Source of the DNA: Azonexus sp.
GTDB lineage: Bacteria > Pseudomonadota > Gammaproteobacteria > Burkholderiales > Rhodocyclaceae
Direction: 5' to 3'
Assembly (NCBI GenBank): GCA_017983755.1
Contig: JAGOAU010000008.1
Span: forward strand, 19,772 to 83,771
DNA length: 64,000 nt
Position numbers and translations under genes: made by a program. This document shows, piece by piece, positions 38,837-48,884 of this stretch (position 1 is the stretch's first letter; each line of letters opens with the position of its first letter). The notes under the pieces are model-generated. The model was not told the DNA's origin. It saw nothing but the letters and a program-made list of their open reading frames with translations, and made no database searches.

Positions 38837-41800
38837 CCCCTCGCCGCGCTGCCCGCGGCGCGACGGCGGTTCGCCGAAAACGAAGGTGTACAGCACGTCC
38901 AGCGCGTTGTCGGTGCCGGCGCGGGCGATCAGCGATACCTGGCGATTGAGGGCGATGCTCAGCTTGACCACGCTGCCGGCGCGGCCGAGCGACTGGTCGT
39001 AGGAGAGCAGCACATTGCTCGACAGGCGCCGGCCGACGCTGAGAATCTGGTTGCCGGTGCCCGCCGTCGTGTCGAAGGTGCTGCCGACGACCCGGCTACC
39101 CATCTGGCGCCCGCCGCTGTCGCCGATCTCGCCCTGGCGCACGCTGAACTCATCGATGCCGAAGCCCTGCTTGATCTGCCGCACGAGACCGCCCGACTCG
39201 TTGCCGAAGAGGCTTCCGGCCGCCGACAGCAGGAGCCCGGCAGCGCCGGCCCCGCCCTGCTCGGGGCCATGGCCGAGGACCAGCCAGCTCAGCTTTTCGA
39301 CGTCCGGCAGGTCGGGGTCGGACACCAGGCGCACGACCGGCCGCTGCACCGTGCCACTGATCTGCACGCCGGGCTCGACGGCCAGCCCGCGGCGGACGGC
39401 GCGCGCGTCGATCGCCGGATTGTCGACCAACCCCTGGAAGGTCAGGATGCCGCGCTCGATTTCCAGCTGCTGGCCGAAAGCCTCGAAACGCCCACCCTGC
39501 GAGCGGATGCGGCCGGTCGCCCGGGGCAGGTCGCGCCCTTCGGCCTGCAGGCGGACGCTGCCGGCGAGGCGGGTTTCCAGGCCGAGGCCGCTGAACATGA
39601 ACTGGCGCCCGAGATCGGTTTCCAGATCGAGGTCGAGGCGCGGCCGGAAACCGCCCGGCTGTGCCGTACCGTCGGCGGCGAGGATGACCACATCGTCGGA
39701 CAGGCGCGGCGCGCCCATCGGCGCCATCTGCCACCAGGCGGCATCGACTGCGACCCGGCCCCTGACCGTCAGCGTCTCGGCCAGCCAGGAAATGCTGCCC
39801 TTGCCGGACACCGTGAGCCAGCGGTCGGGCAACTGGTAGACGCCGACGCGATCCAGGCTCAGTTCGAGCGCCGCGCTCTCGTTGCTGCGGTCGACCCGCA
39901 TCTGACCGGCAATTTCAAGTCGGCCGGGGCGGCCGGTGATCTCGGCCAGGCGCTCGCCGGCCACCCGCTGCAACTGGCGCGGCGCCGGCTGCAGCGGGCT
40001 GGCAAAAGCCAGCTGGCTGACGCGCAGCAGGTTGTCGTCGAGACGCGCATCGAGCACGCCGTCGCTCAGGCGCATCCCCGTTTCCGGCAGCGCCAGCGCC
40101 AGCCCCTCGCCCTTGAATACCCCGGAGAGCAGGGGATGCTCCGGCGTACCGGCCAGCTTCACTTCGCTGTTCAGGCGGCCGCCGGTCTTGCCGCGCTCGT
40201 CGAGAAATTCGGCCAGCCACGCCAGGTCGGGCGTGTCGGTGCGCAGCGAGCCCGACCATGCCGCCTGCCGGTTGAGCGTCCACGCATCGCGCATGCCCGC
40301 CTCCAGCCGCGCCTCGATATTGCCCAGGCGGGGGCCGCGGACAGTTGCTTCGACGAGCAGGCGCTGCGCCCCGGCTTCGGCCGCCAGGCGCAGCTTCCAC
40401 GGGTCGCCGTCGAGGTTGACCGGACCGACGCGCCAGGCGTCGCTGCCCAGTGTCAGCGGCGCCGCCTGCGCCAGCGAAAAGGAACGGAAGCGTTGTTCGG
40501 CGGCCAGCCTGGCGACCGTCAGCTTGCCATCCCAGCGCGGCTTCTGGAGATCGTCGGCGAAGCCGCCCTCGGCCGCCAGTTCGAGGACGTTGCGGCCGGC
40601 GATTTCACCGCCGGCGCGCAAGGTGTGCTGGCGGCGCGTGCCGGCGACCTGCAGGTTCAGCTTCTTGAGCAGCCCCGGCCGGTCGACGCCGTCGAAGCTC
40701 GCTACCCGCAGGTCGAGCTTGAGCGGACTCGCCGGCTGGCTGCCGAGGTCGGCCGTCAGGCTCGCCTCCTTGAGACGCCCGATGCCCGGCAGGCCGAGAC
40801 GCGGCGTCGCCAGTTCGGCCGCCAGCGTCAGGTTTTCCGGCATGCCGGCGAGTTGGATGGTGCCGGCGAGGCCGCCGTCGAGTCCGTAGGGGCCGAGCTC
40901 CGGCGCCGCGATGTCGACGCGCAGGCTGTCGCCGGGGCGGCCGAAGGCACCGCTTGCCGTCAGCCGGTTCGGCCCGGCAGTCAGTTGCACGTCGGCGCGC
41001 GGGATGCGCGGCCAGTCGATGACAAGCTCGCCGCGCCCGGCCAGCGGCTGGCCGGCGAAGCGGCTGTCGCGCAGAGCGAACTGCGCCTCGACGACGGGAC
41101 GCGGCTGCAGCCGGCCGCTGGCAGCCAGTGTACCGTTGAGCGCAGCGGTCGGCACCTTGGCAAAGCGGCTGGGGTCGAAACGCGCCAGTTCGCCGCTGGC
41201 CGCAAATGCCATTTCCTCGCCGGTCGCCAGTTCGCCGCTGGCCCGCAGCACGGCGTCGCCGGCACTCAGTTCGAGACGCGGCAGGCTGAGCTTGCCGTTC
41301 TCGTGGCTGGCTTCGGCGGCAAGCGTGAATCGTTGGTCGGCGAGGCGGAAATCGAGTTGCTGGCGGGTGCTGCCGACGGTCGCTGAAATCGGGCCGTTCA
41401 GGCGGGTCGACCGCAACACGCTGGCCAGTTGTGCGGCATCGAGTTCGCGGGCGACCAGATCGAGGCTCAGGGCGGCGTCGCGCCAGACGGCCGTACCACT
41501 CAGCCGGCCGCTCCCCGGCAAGCGCGCCTGCAGGTCGCTGAAGCGGCCGCCGTCATCATTCCACGCAAAGCGACCGCTCAGGCGCTCGAGCGGCAGGCGC
41601 TGGCGGTCGAGCGGGCCGGCGCTGGCGTTGCGCAGATCGAAGCTGCCGGCGACGGCATCTGCCTCCCGCTCGTCCGGCCGGACATCGGCCTGCAGCGTAA
41701 GGCGGGCGGCCGGCGCGCCGTCGATCCAGGCGGCCGGGTCGACATCGGCAAGTTCCAGCCAGGCTTCGGCAAAAGCTTGGCGGGCGAAGGGCGTCAGCAG

Positions 41801-42472
41801 TGCCCGACCGCTGCCGCTCACCCCTTCCGCGGCGGTGACTTTGAGTTCGATGCGCTCGAGCAGACCCTCGGCAGTCACCGTCAGCCGCACCGCCTGGTCG
41901 TCGAGCTTGCCGGCGATGCTGGCATCCGCCCGCAGGGGCAGCGGCGCGCTGCCGCCGAGTTCGGCCGAACCGGCGATCACGGCCAGGCCAAGCCGGGCAC
42001 CGAAGTCGTTCAGGCGGTGCGTCTTTCCATCGCTGGCGAAGACGCCGCGCAGGTCGCCTACGCTGAACACCTGGCCGTAGTCGAGCCGGGAAACGGCCAT
42101 TTTTTTGACGTCGACCGCAACCGGCAAGACCAGGCTGGCCGGCGGCGGCGTCGCCTCGTCGGAGCTGGCGATGTCGAGCCGGAGCCGCGCCGCGGCGAGT
42201 TCGCCGATGACCAGCCGCTTCTCGAACAGGGCGGCAGGGGTCCACGCGATGCGCAGATCGTCGACCTCGACTTCCAGCCCCGGCTCCTTCCAGCTCAGGC
42301 GGGCGAAGGCGAGCGGGCCGACGAGGCGGCCGCTCGGCTGGTCGACAGCGAAGCGGCCAGCGCTCGCCTTGCTGGCGAGGCGGGTGAGCGTGATCAGCCC
42401 GCTCTCGCTGAAACCGAGCCAGAAGCCGGTGGCAAGGAGCAGAACGGTGAACAGGAAAAGTGGACGCTTCAT
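38825..42472 (-). CDS. tamB: Translocation and assembly module TamB (AsmA-like)
   Basis: N-terminal anchor, beta-rich repeats, C-terminal DUF490-like region (G.FEAFGQQLEIERG, NP.ID, LSWLVLG); follows tamA. Confidence 0.88.
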   Translation of the reverse strand: MKRPLFLFTVLLLATGFWLGFSESGLITLTRLASKASAGRFAVDQPSGRLVGPLAFARLSWKEPGLEVEVDDLRIAWTPAALFEKRLVIGELAAARLRLDIASSDEATPPPASLVLPVAVDVKKMAVSRLDYGQVFSVGDLRGVFASDGKTHRLNDFGARLGLAVIAGSAELGGSAPLPLRADASIAGKLDDQAVRLTVTAEGLLERIELKVTAAEGVSGSGRALLTPFARQAFAEAWLELADVDPAAWIDGAPAARLTLQADVRPDEREADAVAGSFDLRNASAGPLDRQRLPLERLSGRFAWNDDGGRFSDLQARLPGSGRLSGTAVWRDAALSLDLVARELDAAQLASVLRSTRLNGPISATVGSTRQQLDFRLADQRFTLAAEASHENGKLSLPRLELSAGDAVLRASGELATGEEMAFAASGELARFDPSRFAKVPTAALNGTLAASGRLQPRPVVEAQFALRDSRFAGQPLAGRGELVIDWPRIPRADVQLTAGPNRLTASGAFGRPGDSLRVDIAAPELGPYGLDGGLAGTIQLAGMPENLTLAAELATPRLGLPGIGRLKEASLTADLGSQPASPLKLDLRVASFDGVDRPGLLKKLNLQVAGTRRQHTLRAGGEIAGRNVLELAAEGGFADDLQKPRWDGKLTVARLAAEQRFRSFSLAQAAPLTLGSDAWRVGPVNLDGDPWKLRLAAEAGAQRLLVEATVRGPRLGNIEARLEAGMRDAWTLNRQAAWSGSLRTDTPDLAWLAEFLDERGKTGGRLNSEVKLAGTPEHPLLSGVFKGEGLALALPETGMRLSDGVLDARLDDNLLRVSQLAFASPLQPAPRQLQRVAGERLAEITGRPGRLEIAGQMRVDRSNESAALELSLDRVGVYQLPDRWLTVSGKGSISWLAETLTVRGRVAVDAAWWQMAPMGAPRLSDDVVILAADGTAQPGGFRPRLDLDLETDLGRQFMFSGLGLETRLAGSVRLQAEGRDLPRATGRIRSQGGRFEAFGQQLEIERGILTFQGLVDNPAIDARAVRRGLAVEPGVQISGTVQRPVVRLVSDPDLPDVEKLSWLVLGHGPEQGGAGAAGLLLSAAGSLFGNESGGLVRQIKQGFGIDEFSVRQGEIGDSGGRQMGSRVVGSTFDTTAGTGNQILSVGRRLSSNVLLSYDQSLGRAGSVVKLSIALNRQVSLIARAGTDNALDVLYTFVFGEPPSRRGQRGEGSAR

Positions 42473-42473
42473 C

Positions 42474-44177
42474 TCAGAACGGGATCGCCAGCGAGAAATG
42501 CAGATGGATCGCCTCGCTCTGCTCGCCATAGGCGAGATCGACGGCGATCGGCCCGGCTACCGTGCGCCAGCGAACGCCAAGGCCGTAGCCGTAGGCGAGG
42601 TCGACCTGGCTCAGGTCGTCGACCGCGTTGCCGGCATCGACGAAGGCGGCGATGCCCCAGGTGTCGTCGAGCCAGTGCGTGTATTCGACGGTGGCGTTGG
42701 CCATGTAGCGGCCGCCGACGATGGCCGAGCCCTCGCTGACGCCGAGGCTCTGATAGCTGTAGCCGCGTACCGAGCCGGTGCCGCCGGTGCGGAAGACGTA
42801 TTCCTGCGGGATGCCGTTGCGCGAATCGGCGATGGTGTAGCCGATTTCGCCGCTCAGCATCAGCGTGTCGCGCTGGCCGATCGGGAAGAACTGCTGGTAG
42901 CGGCCGAGCAGGCGGATGAAGTTCTGGTCCGACAGCACCGCCTTGGCGGCGCCGCCGACCTGGCCTTGCAGCACGATGCCGTCGCGGGTGTCGAGCGGGT
43001 TGTCGACGTGGCGCCAGGTCCATGCAATATTCGGGACCAGCGCGCGACTGATGCTGTCGGGGGCGCCGTCCGGCTCCAGGCGCTCGTCCTGCCAGGTCAG
43101 CGACAGGCGCGTTTCGAACGGCCCTTCGCGCCATGCCTGCTGGCCGCCGATGGCAATGCGCTCGGTGCGCAGGCCCTGGATGTCGGTCGCCTGGACCATG
43201 GCACCGACGCTGTTGCGCCGCTGCGACTCGGTCGGCGGGAAGAAAACGTCGGCGTAGGCGGTCTGCTTCTTCTGTTCGATGCGCAGGCCGGTGTTCAGCT
43301 CCCAGGCCTGGCCGAAGAGGTCGGCGGTCTGGAAATTGGTTTCGACGCGGGCGCCGGTGTTGGAACTAATACCGGCGCCGAAGGACAAGCGGTGCGCCGG
43401 CCGCTCGCTCAGGCGGACGATGACCGGCGCGGTGACGATACCGTCGGCATCCGGCGGCTTTTCACGGTCGATGCTGACGTGCACCGAGCGGAACTGCGGC
43501 GTCGCCTGCAGGGCTGTCTGCAGCGCGTTGAGGTCGGCCTCGCGGTAAGGCTCGCCGGCGCGCACGGTACGGTTGTGGCGCTCGACCAGCGTCACTGGGT
43601 AACGCTCCAGGCCCTCGACCCGCAACTCGCCGAAGCGGAAGGGCGGACCGCTGTCGTAGCGCGCCATCAGCCTTGCCTCTCTGGTCGCCGGGTCGATCGT
43701 CGCCTGGCTGTCGAGCAGGCGGGCCGCGGCATGGTTCTCCGCCAGCAGGCGCGATAGGATCTGCTGCTTGGCGCTGTTCCAGTCCTGCTGGCGAAACGGC
43801 TGGCCGACCGGCAGTTCCCAGCCGGCGATCAGTTCCTGCCGCGTTTTTGCCGCCACGGGGCCGTCGACCGCAACAGCCACCGCCGCGATCAGCGTGCGCG
43901 GGCCGGGATCGACCGTCAGGTGCACGGCGTTGTCGCTGTCCACGAATTCGATCTGCGGCGAGAAGTATCCTTCGGTTTCGAGAATCTGGCGGACCAGCCG
44001 CTGCAGGCGGGCCTGGCCGCCCGCCCCCGGCGCCGTCTCGTCGGGCAGGAAAGGGGTCAGAAGCTCGACAATTTCATCCGGCGCGCGCAGGTCGATCTCG
44101 CCCGCCGGCGCCAGCGGGGCAAGAACGAGCAGGGCCAGCGGGAACAGGCGCCGGATGGCGCGGGCGAAGAAAGACAC
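42474..44177 (-). CDS. tamA: Translocation and assembly module TamA (Omp85 family)
   Basis: POTRA-like domains (TEGYFSP, VDPGP), FRTGGTGSVRGY, FVDAGN, GPIAVDLAYG, terminal F. Confidence 0.9.
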   Translation of the reverse strand: MSFFARAIRRLFPLALLVLAPLAPAGEIDLRAPDEIVELLTPFLPDETAPGAGGQARLQRLVRQILETEGYFSPQIEFVDSDNAVHLTVDPGPRTLIAAVAVAVDGPVAAKTRQELIAGWELPVGQPFRQQDWNSAKQQILSRLLAENHAAARLLDSQATIDPATREARLMARYDSGPPFRFGELRVEGLERYPVTLVERHNRTVRAGEPYREADLNALQTALQATPQFRSVHVSIDREKPPDADGIVTAPVIVRLSERPAHRLSFGAGISSNTGARVETNFQTADLFGQAWELNTGLRIEQKKQTAYADVFFPPTESQRRNSVGAMVQATDIQGLRTERIAIGGQQAWREGPFETRLSLTWQDERLEPDGAPDSISRALVPNIAWTWRHVDNPLDTRDGIVLQGQVGGAAKAVLSDQNFIRLLGRYQQFFPIGQRDTLMLSGEIGYTIADSRNGIPQEYVFRTGGTGSVRGYSYQSLGVSEGSAIVGGRYMANATVEYTHWLDDTWGIAAFVDAGNAVDDLSQVDLAYGYGLGVRWRTVAGPIAVDLAYGEQSEAIHLHFSLAIPF

Positions 44178-44186
44178 CGGTCTATT

Positions 44187-46250
44187 TTACCCTTGACCGT
44201 TGGTCGCCACGGCGCGTGGCGGCAGCAGGAAGCTGCGCGGCTCGTGCCGGAAGCGGTGCCAGATGGCGCGCAGCAACGGCCCCCAGTGTTCGAAGCGAAC
44301 GCCGCGGGCGCCGAGGGCGGTGCGCAGGGCAAGCGCGAAACTGACCGCGAGATTGGTCATGCCGATCAGCGCGATGCCGAACACGGCCCACAGGATGACC
44401 TTGAGCGGCAGCTCGAACTGGAAGCCAATGAAGGCATAGCCGAGATTGGCCGACGAAAAGGCGATGTGCCGGATATCGAGCGGCAGCCCGATCATCTTGC
44501 CGATGTCGCCGGTCGACCCGAGCATGCAGCCGAACAGGAAGTTGCCCATGATGCCGCCGAGGTGATCCTGGATGTAGGCACCGACCCGGGTCGCGCGCGC
44601 GCCGCCGAGGAGGCCGCGCAGCCAGCGCAGGCGGGCGATGCGGGTGCCGACGTCGCTGTAGGCGGCCTTATTGTCGAAATAGCCGGTAATCAGGCCGGAC
44701 AGGAACAGATAGAAGCCGGCAATCGCCGCGTGCGGGATCGCCCAGCTCAGCGGATCGAGATCGGCCAGCAGGTGGGCGCCCTTCTCCAGTGCGATGACCG
44801 GGTGGCCGAGCCACTGGCTAAGGCCGAGGCCGACGAGGATGGCGATCGGCAGCGCGACCATGACGTTGCCGGCGATGGCGGCGAGCTGGCTGCGGCAGAC
44901 GGCGGCGACGACGTCGACCAGGCGTTCGAGCTCCGCCTGACGCGTCGCCCGGACATCGCCGAGCAGGCCGGCGAGGGTCTGCGCGGTCATCGCCGGCTGC
45001 TTGGTGGCGACCGTCATGCCGAGCAGGTAGATGGCGACGAAGCCGAGGCCGTAGATCAGGCTGAACAGGACGGCTTCGACGATCAGCGGCGCGTGCAGGC
45101 CGCTGGCGAAAATCTTGAGCAGCGCCATGCAGCCGATCAGCACGCCGGCTCCCGCCGCCGAACGCCACATCTGGCGATAGTCGCTGCGAGTTTCACAGAT
45201 GTAGTGCTCGCCCGAGCGCGCCGCGTTCTCGGTCACCCGCACCGCCAGCAGCTTGGACAGCTGCGCCATGTAGTGGCTCAGGCTGTTGCGGCGGTTCTCG
45301 GCGAGATAGGCGGAGCGCGCGAACTCGGCCCAGGCGACGATCGCCTTGCCGCGCTCGGTCGACGCCTGCGAAGCGGTCAGCATGGTCACCAGCTCGCGCA
45401 GGCGTTCCAGGCATTGCTCGCTGCGCGTCAGCAGGTAGCTGAGGTGCAGGCTGGTACCGACCGTCAACGCCCGCTTGCGGATGCGCTGCAGCGTGCTCTG
45501 GCACTGGTCGGCGATGACCAGCAGCTGGCTGCCGTCGTCAATTGGGCTGGAGGGGTCGTCGAGCGCGGCGCGCAGCGCATTGACGAAATCGAGCGCCTCG
45601 GCCGACAGCGCCACGAAACACGGCAGGTCGTCGTCGAAACTGGGCGAGGCGCGCATCAGCTCGCCCTCGACGCCGAGGCCGCTGACACGATGCGCCAGCA
45701 ACAGCACCGCGTCGTGGATCTGCTCGCGGATGCCGCGCCAGTCGACGCTGCGCAGTTCGTCCGCCGGCGCCAGCAGCGCCCAGTAGCGCCGCGACAGTTC
45801 GAGCGGAATCGTCTCCTGCCAGCGCCAGTCGTCGCTGCGGTCGTAGATGACATGCAGACAGTCCTTCAGCCGCCGCTCGTCGGGCGCCTCGGGCAACAGG
45901 CGGTGGCCGAGGATGCGCCACCATTCGGAGAAGAAGCCGGTGCCGGGCAGGATGCCGCTGTCGGTGAAGAAGGTGACGAGACGGCGCGTGGCGATGAAAT
46001 GCATGACGCGGCTGCGGAAGACCGCCAGCAGTTCGGGATCCGCCTCGAGGCAGGCCAGCATGAATTCGTAACGCTCGGCGGCGCCGTCGTCGTGCCGGTC
46101 TTTCGGTCGAATTACGGCGACCACGCGACGGATCAGGTCGAGGGTATCGGCCGCGGGGTCGCGAAAGGCTTCGAGCGCCGCCCGCAGGCGCTCCTCGGGC
46201 GATTGACTGCGGCCGGAAAACCAGCGGGAAAGCCGGGTAAAAAACGACAT
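44187..46250 (-). CDS. Gcr-family ('site-specific recombinase') polytopic membrane protein
   Basis: GEHYI, SAAGAG, TVATKQPAMTA, RSQLAAIAGN, HAAIAG, GNFLFG, LPLDIRHIAFS, NLAVSF. Confidence 0.8.
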   Translation of the reverse strand: MSFFTRLSRWFSGRSQSPEERLRAALEAFRDPAADTLDLIRRVVAVIRPKDRHDDGAAERYEFMLACLEADPELLAVFRSRVMHFIATRRLVTFFTDSGILPGTGFFSEWWRILGHRLLPEAPDERRLKDCLHVIYDRSDDWRWQETIPLELSRRYWALLAPADELRSVDWRGIREQIHDAVLLLAHRVSGLGVEGELMRASPSFDDDLPCFVALSAEALDFVNALRAALDDPSSPIDDGSQLLVIADQCQSTLQRIRKRALTVGTSLHLSYLLTRSEQCLERLRELVTMLTASQASTERGKAIVAWAEFARSAYLAENRRNSLSHYMAQLSKLLAVRVTENAARSGEHYICETRSDYRQMWRSAAGAGVLIGCMALLKIFASGLHAPLIVEAVLFSLIYGLGFVAIYLLGMTVATKQPAMTAQTLAGLLGDVRATRQAELERLVDVVAAVCRSQLAAIAGNVMVALPIAILVGLGLSQWLGHPVIALEKGAHLLADLDPLSWAIPHAAIAGFYLFLSGLITGYFDNKAAYSDVGTRIARLRWLRGLLGGARATRVGAYIQDHLGGIMGNFLFGCMLGSTGDIGKMIGLPLDIRHIAFSSANLGYAFIGFQFELPLKVILWAVFGIALIGMTNLAVSFALALRTALGARGVRFEHWGPLLRAIWHRFRHEPRSFLLPPRAVATNGQG

Positions 46251-46261
46251 CCGGAGCGAAG

Positions 46262-48727
46262 TCAGCTTTCAGCCGGCTTGACCGCCGGCGCCTTGGCCCG
46301 GGCTGTGGGCTTCGACTTGGCTGCCGGTTTCGCTTTGGCGGCAGCCTTTGGCTTGGCGGCGCTGCCTGCAGCGGGCGCCGCGGCTGCGGCCGCGGGTTTT
46401 TTCGCGGTTGCCGGGGCACGCTTGGCCGCCGGCTTCTTCGCTGCCGGCGCCGCCAGGGTCTTGTGTCCCAGGGCCTTGCGGATTTTCTCCAGCATCGCCT
46501 TCTGGGCCGCCGTCGGCTTGGCGGCGAGAATCCGCTCGTCCTGCATCAGCTTGTCGAGCAGCGTTTGCAGACGGGCGGCATCGGTCGGATCGGCCAGCAG
46601 TTTCGGCAGGGTGGCGATCGCCACTTCCGGCGACTCGCCGACGATGATTTCCTGGGTGCCGCGGATGCGGCGCTGCTCGTCCGGCGCCAGCTCCGGCAAC
46701 AGGTCGGCGTATTCCTTGATCAGTTCGGCTTTCAACTGCAGGCGCGAAAGCGGCAGGGCATTGCCCTTGTCCTTCAGCAGGAAGGCGATGCGCGAGACGG
46801 CGGCCGGGTAGCCGCCTTCGTCGATCTGCGCCAGTGCCGCACTCACCGTTTCCGCCTGACGCGCCCCGGCAGTCTGTTCGCGCACCAGCGACGGGCTGTG
46901 CTCGGCCATCAGGTTGGTGAACATGTGGCCGAAGAGCTGGAAGAAGGCCGCCTCGCTGATCGCGTCCTGCACGGCGCGATAGTAGGTCATGGTCGCCGAG
47001 AGGATGCTGGAGCCGGCCATTTCCAGTTGGCGCAGCGGATTTTCCGGCCCTACCGCCTTGCGCTGCTTCTTGACGAAGGCGGCCGCCGGCGCCAGCCAGC
47101 CGAGCCACGGATTGAGATCGGAGATCGCCCAGCGCTGCATGCGTAGCGGATGGAAGGTTCGACCCAGCTTGGCCGTCGTCTCGTTCGACAGCTGCTGCAC
47201 CAGCGGCTGGGAGAACAGCTCGTAGGCTTTCTGGTTGAATTCGGACACTGCGGCGACCGCCTCGAAGGCTTTCTCGTCCTTGCGCTCAAAACGGTTGAGG
47301 CGCTTGCTGACCTCCTCCAGCGAATGCTCGACGAATTCGACGTTATAGCTGACCGTGCCATCCTTGCTCTGGTGCTCGATGATGTTCATGCCGTAGAGGC
47401 CTGGCGGCAGCGCCTCGATCGAACCAAGCACGGAAACGATCTGCGCGTGTTCCTTGCGGGCGACGGCGCCGGAAACGAAGATGCCGAGGTGGCCGACGTT
47501 CTTGTGCAGCAGGCCGACGATGACCTGACCATTGGCCTTGATCTCCGCCGTCGAGCCATAGGTATCGGCGACCCAGTTGAAGGCCTGCTCGGGAGGTGTG
47601 ATGTCGTCGCCCATCGAGGCGAAGAGGACGATCGGCGAGCGGATTGACTTGAGATCGAAGAGCTTGCCCTGCTTCGACTTGGTGTCGTTCCACAGCTTGT
47701 TGCCGACGAAGAGATTCTGCGTGATCCACTCGATCTCCTCGCGGTTGAGCATGAACATGCCGCCCCACCAGCGTTCGAATTCGAGGAAGCGCGGCGGCTC
47801 GGTGTCGACGTTCTTGAAGACGTGGTAGTACTTGTCGAAAAAGGTATTGGCCGGATGCAGGCTCTCGAAGTTCTGGACCAGCCAGGCGCCGTCGAAGACG
47901 CCGTTGGAAAGGTCGGCAACCATCGACGACAGCCAGGTGCCACCGAGCAGGCCGCCGGAATAGCGCATCGGGTTGTCGCCCGCGCCCTGCTCCCAGGCGC
48001 CGCCCCAGTAGGACATCGGCGCGCCGTTGATGACGATCGGCCCGGTATCGTCGGGATCGGAAGCCGCCAGCATCATCGCCGCCCAGCCGCCCTGGCAATT
48101 GCCGATGATCACCGGCTTGGGGCTGTCGGGATGCAGTTCGCGCACCTTCTTGACGAAGATCGACTCGGTTTCGCAGACGTCGAGCAGGGTCTGGCCGGGT
48201 TCGGGGTCCGGGAAGAAGGAAACGAAATAGACCGGGTGGCCATCGCGCAGGGCGACGCCGACCTGTGAATCATCCTTGAAGCCACCGATGCCCGGGCCAT
48301 GGCCGGCGCGCGGGTCGATGACGACATAGGGCCGGCGCCTGGGATCGACGGTGACGCCCTTGGGCGGCACGATGCGCAGCAGGGTGTAGTTGACCGGACG
48401 GGCGAACTTGCGCGCATCGAGTACGGTTTCGTAGTCGAAATGCAGCAGCGGCGGCAGCCCCTTCTTCTGGTGCTCGCGGAAATCGTTGCCGCGCTGGCGC
48501 ATGGTGTCCCAGAACAAAATGGCCCGCTGCGCGAAGTCGACCGCGTAATCGTTCCACGTCGTACCCGGCGCCAGCAGCGACGGCAGCGTTGCCGCGCTCT
48601 TCGCCTGCGCCTCGCGCAGGGCCCTGGCAAACTCTTCCTGGGCGAATTTCAGGCGCTTCTGCAGCAGTTCCGCGACATTGCGATCGATCTGAAGGTTCTG
48701 GGACAGCTTCTTTACCGTCGACTTCAT
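46262..48727 (-). CDS. DUF3141 PHA-synthase-like alpha/beta hydrolase with Ala/Lys/Pro-rich tail
   Basis: DPRAGHGPGIGGFK, GNCQGGW, RFLEFERWWGG, GDDITPP, GHLGIFVSG. Confidence 0.85.
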   Translation of the reverse strand: MKSTVKKLSQNLQIDRNVAELLQKRLKFAQEEFARALREAQAKSAATLPSLLAPGTTWNDYAVDFAQRAILFWDTMRQRGNDFREHQKKGLPPLLHFDYETVLDARKFARPVNYTLLRIVPPKGVTVDPRRRPYVVIDPRAGHGPGIGGFKDDSQVGVALRDGHPVYFVSFFPDPEPGQTLLDVCETESIFVKKVRELHPDSPKPVIIGNCQGGWAAMMLAASDPDDTGPIVINGAPMSYWGGAWEQGAGDNPMRYSGGLLGGTWLSSMVADLSNGVFDGAWLVQNFESLHPANTFFDKYYHVFKNVDTEPPRFLEFERWWGGMFMLNREEIEWITQNLFVGNKLWNDTKSKQGKLFDLKSIRSPIVLFASMGDDITPPEQAFNWVADTYGSTAEIKANGQVIVGLLHKNVGHLGIFVSGAVARKEHAQIVSVLGSIEALPPGLYGMNIIEHQSKDGTVSYNVEFVEHSLEEVSKRLNRFERKDEKAFEAVAAVSEFNQKAYELFSQPLVQQLSNETTAKLGRTFHPLRMQRWAISDLNPWLGWLAPAAAFVKKQRKAVGPENPLRQLEMAGSSILSATMTYYRAVQDAISEAAFFQLFGHMFTNLMAEHSPSLVREQTAGARQAETVSAALAQIDEGGYPAAVSRIAFLLKDKGNALPLSRLQLKAELIKEYADLLPELAPDEQRRIRGTQEIIVGESPEVAIATLPKLLADPTDAARLQTLLDKLMQDERILAAKPTAAQKAMLEKIRKALGHKTLAAPAAKKPAAKRAPATAKKPAAAAAAPAAGSAAKPKAAAKAKPAAKSKPTARAKAPAVKPAES

Positions 48728-48884
48728 GCCATTTCTCCTCGGAGGGGGCCGCGTGTGCGGCACAGACCAATCATGTTAAATCACTAGCCTCCGCCGGCAT
48801 AGCATCATGGCCAAGCGAACGGCATTGCGCACCTCAGTGTGGATGCCTATGATTCGCCCACAACAACGCATCCGGAGACTCGCC

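Noticed and set aside
44187-46250. Gcr 'site-specific recombinase' as the mobiliser of the R-M island or as a mobile element
   Set aside because: No recombinase catalytic motifs seen, polytopic membrane character, host-like GC, and 23 kb from the island
46265-46460. Low-complexity GC repeats here and in the aceF linkers as a possible CRISPR or tandem array
   Set aside because: They encode Ala/Lys/Pro-rich peptide; there is no repeat-spacer structure and no cas gene in the window
43920-46811. 963-aa plus-strand ORF, and similar long antisense ORFs (44-1405, 4963-6573, 19018-20646, 22491-24554, 26980-28860, 36563-38551, 39269-41386, 53383-55395)
   Set aside because: Each lies opposite a well-supported gene and has no recognisable domain
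48765-48790. Possible FNR/CRP box between DUF3141 and the phosphate acyltransferase
   Set aside because: Only a half-site (ATCAC); the match is too weak
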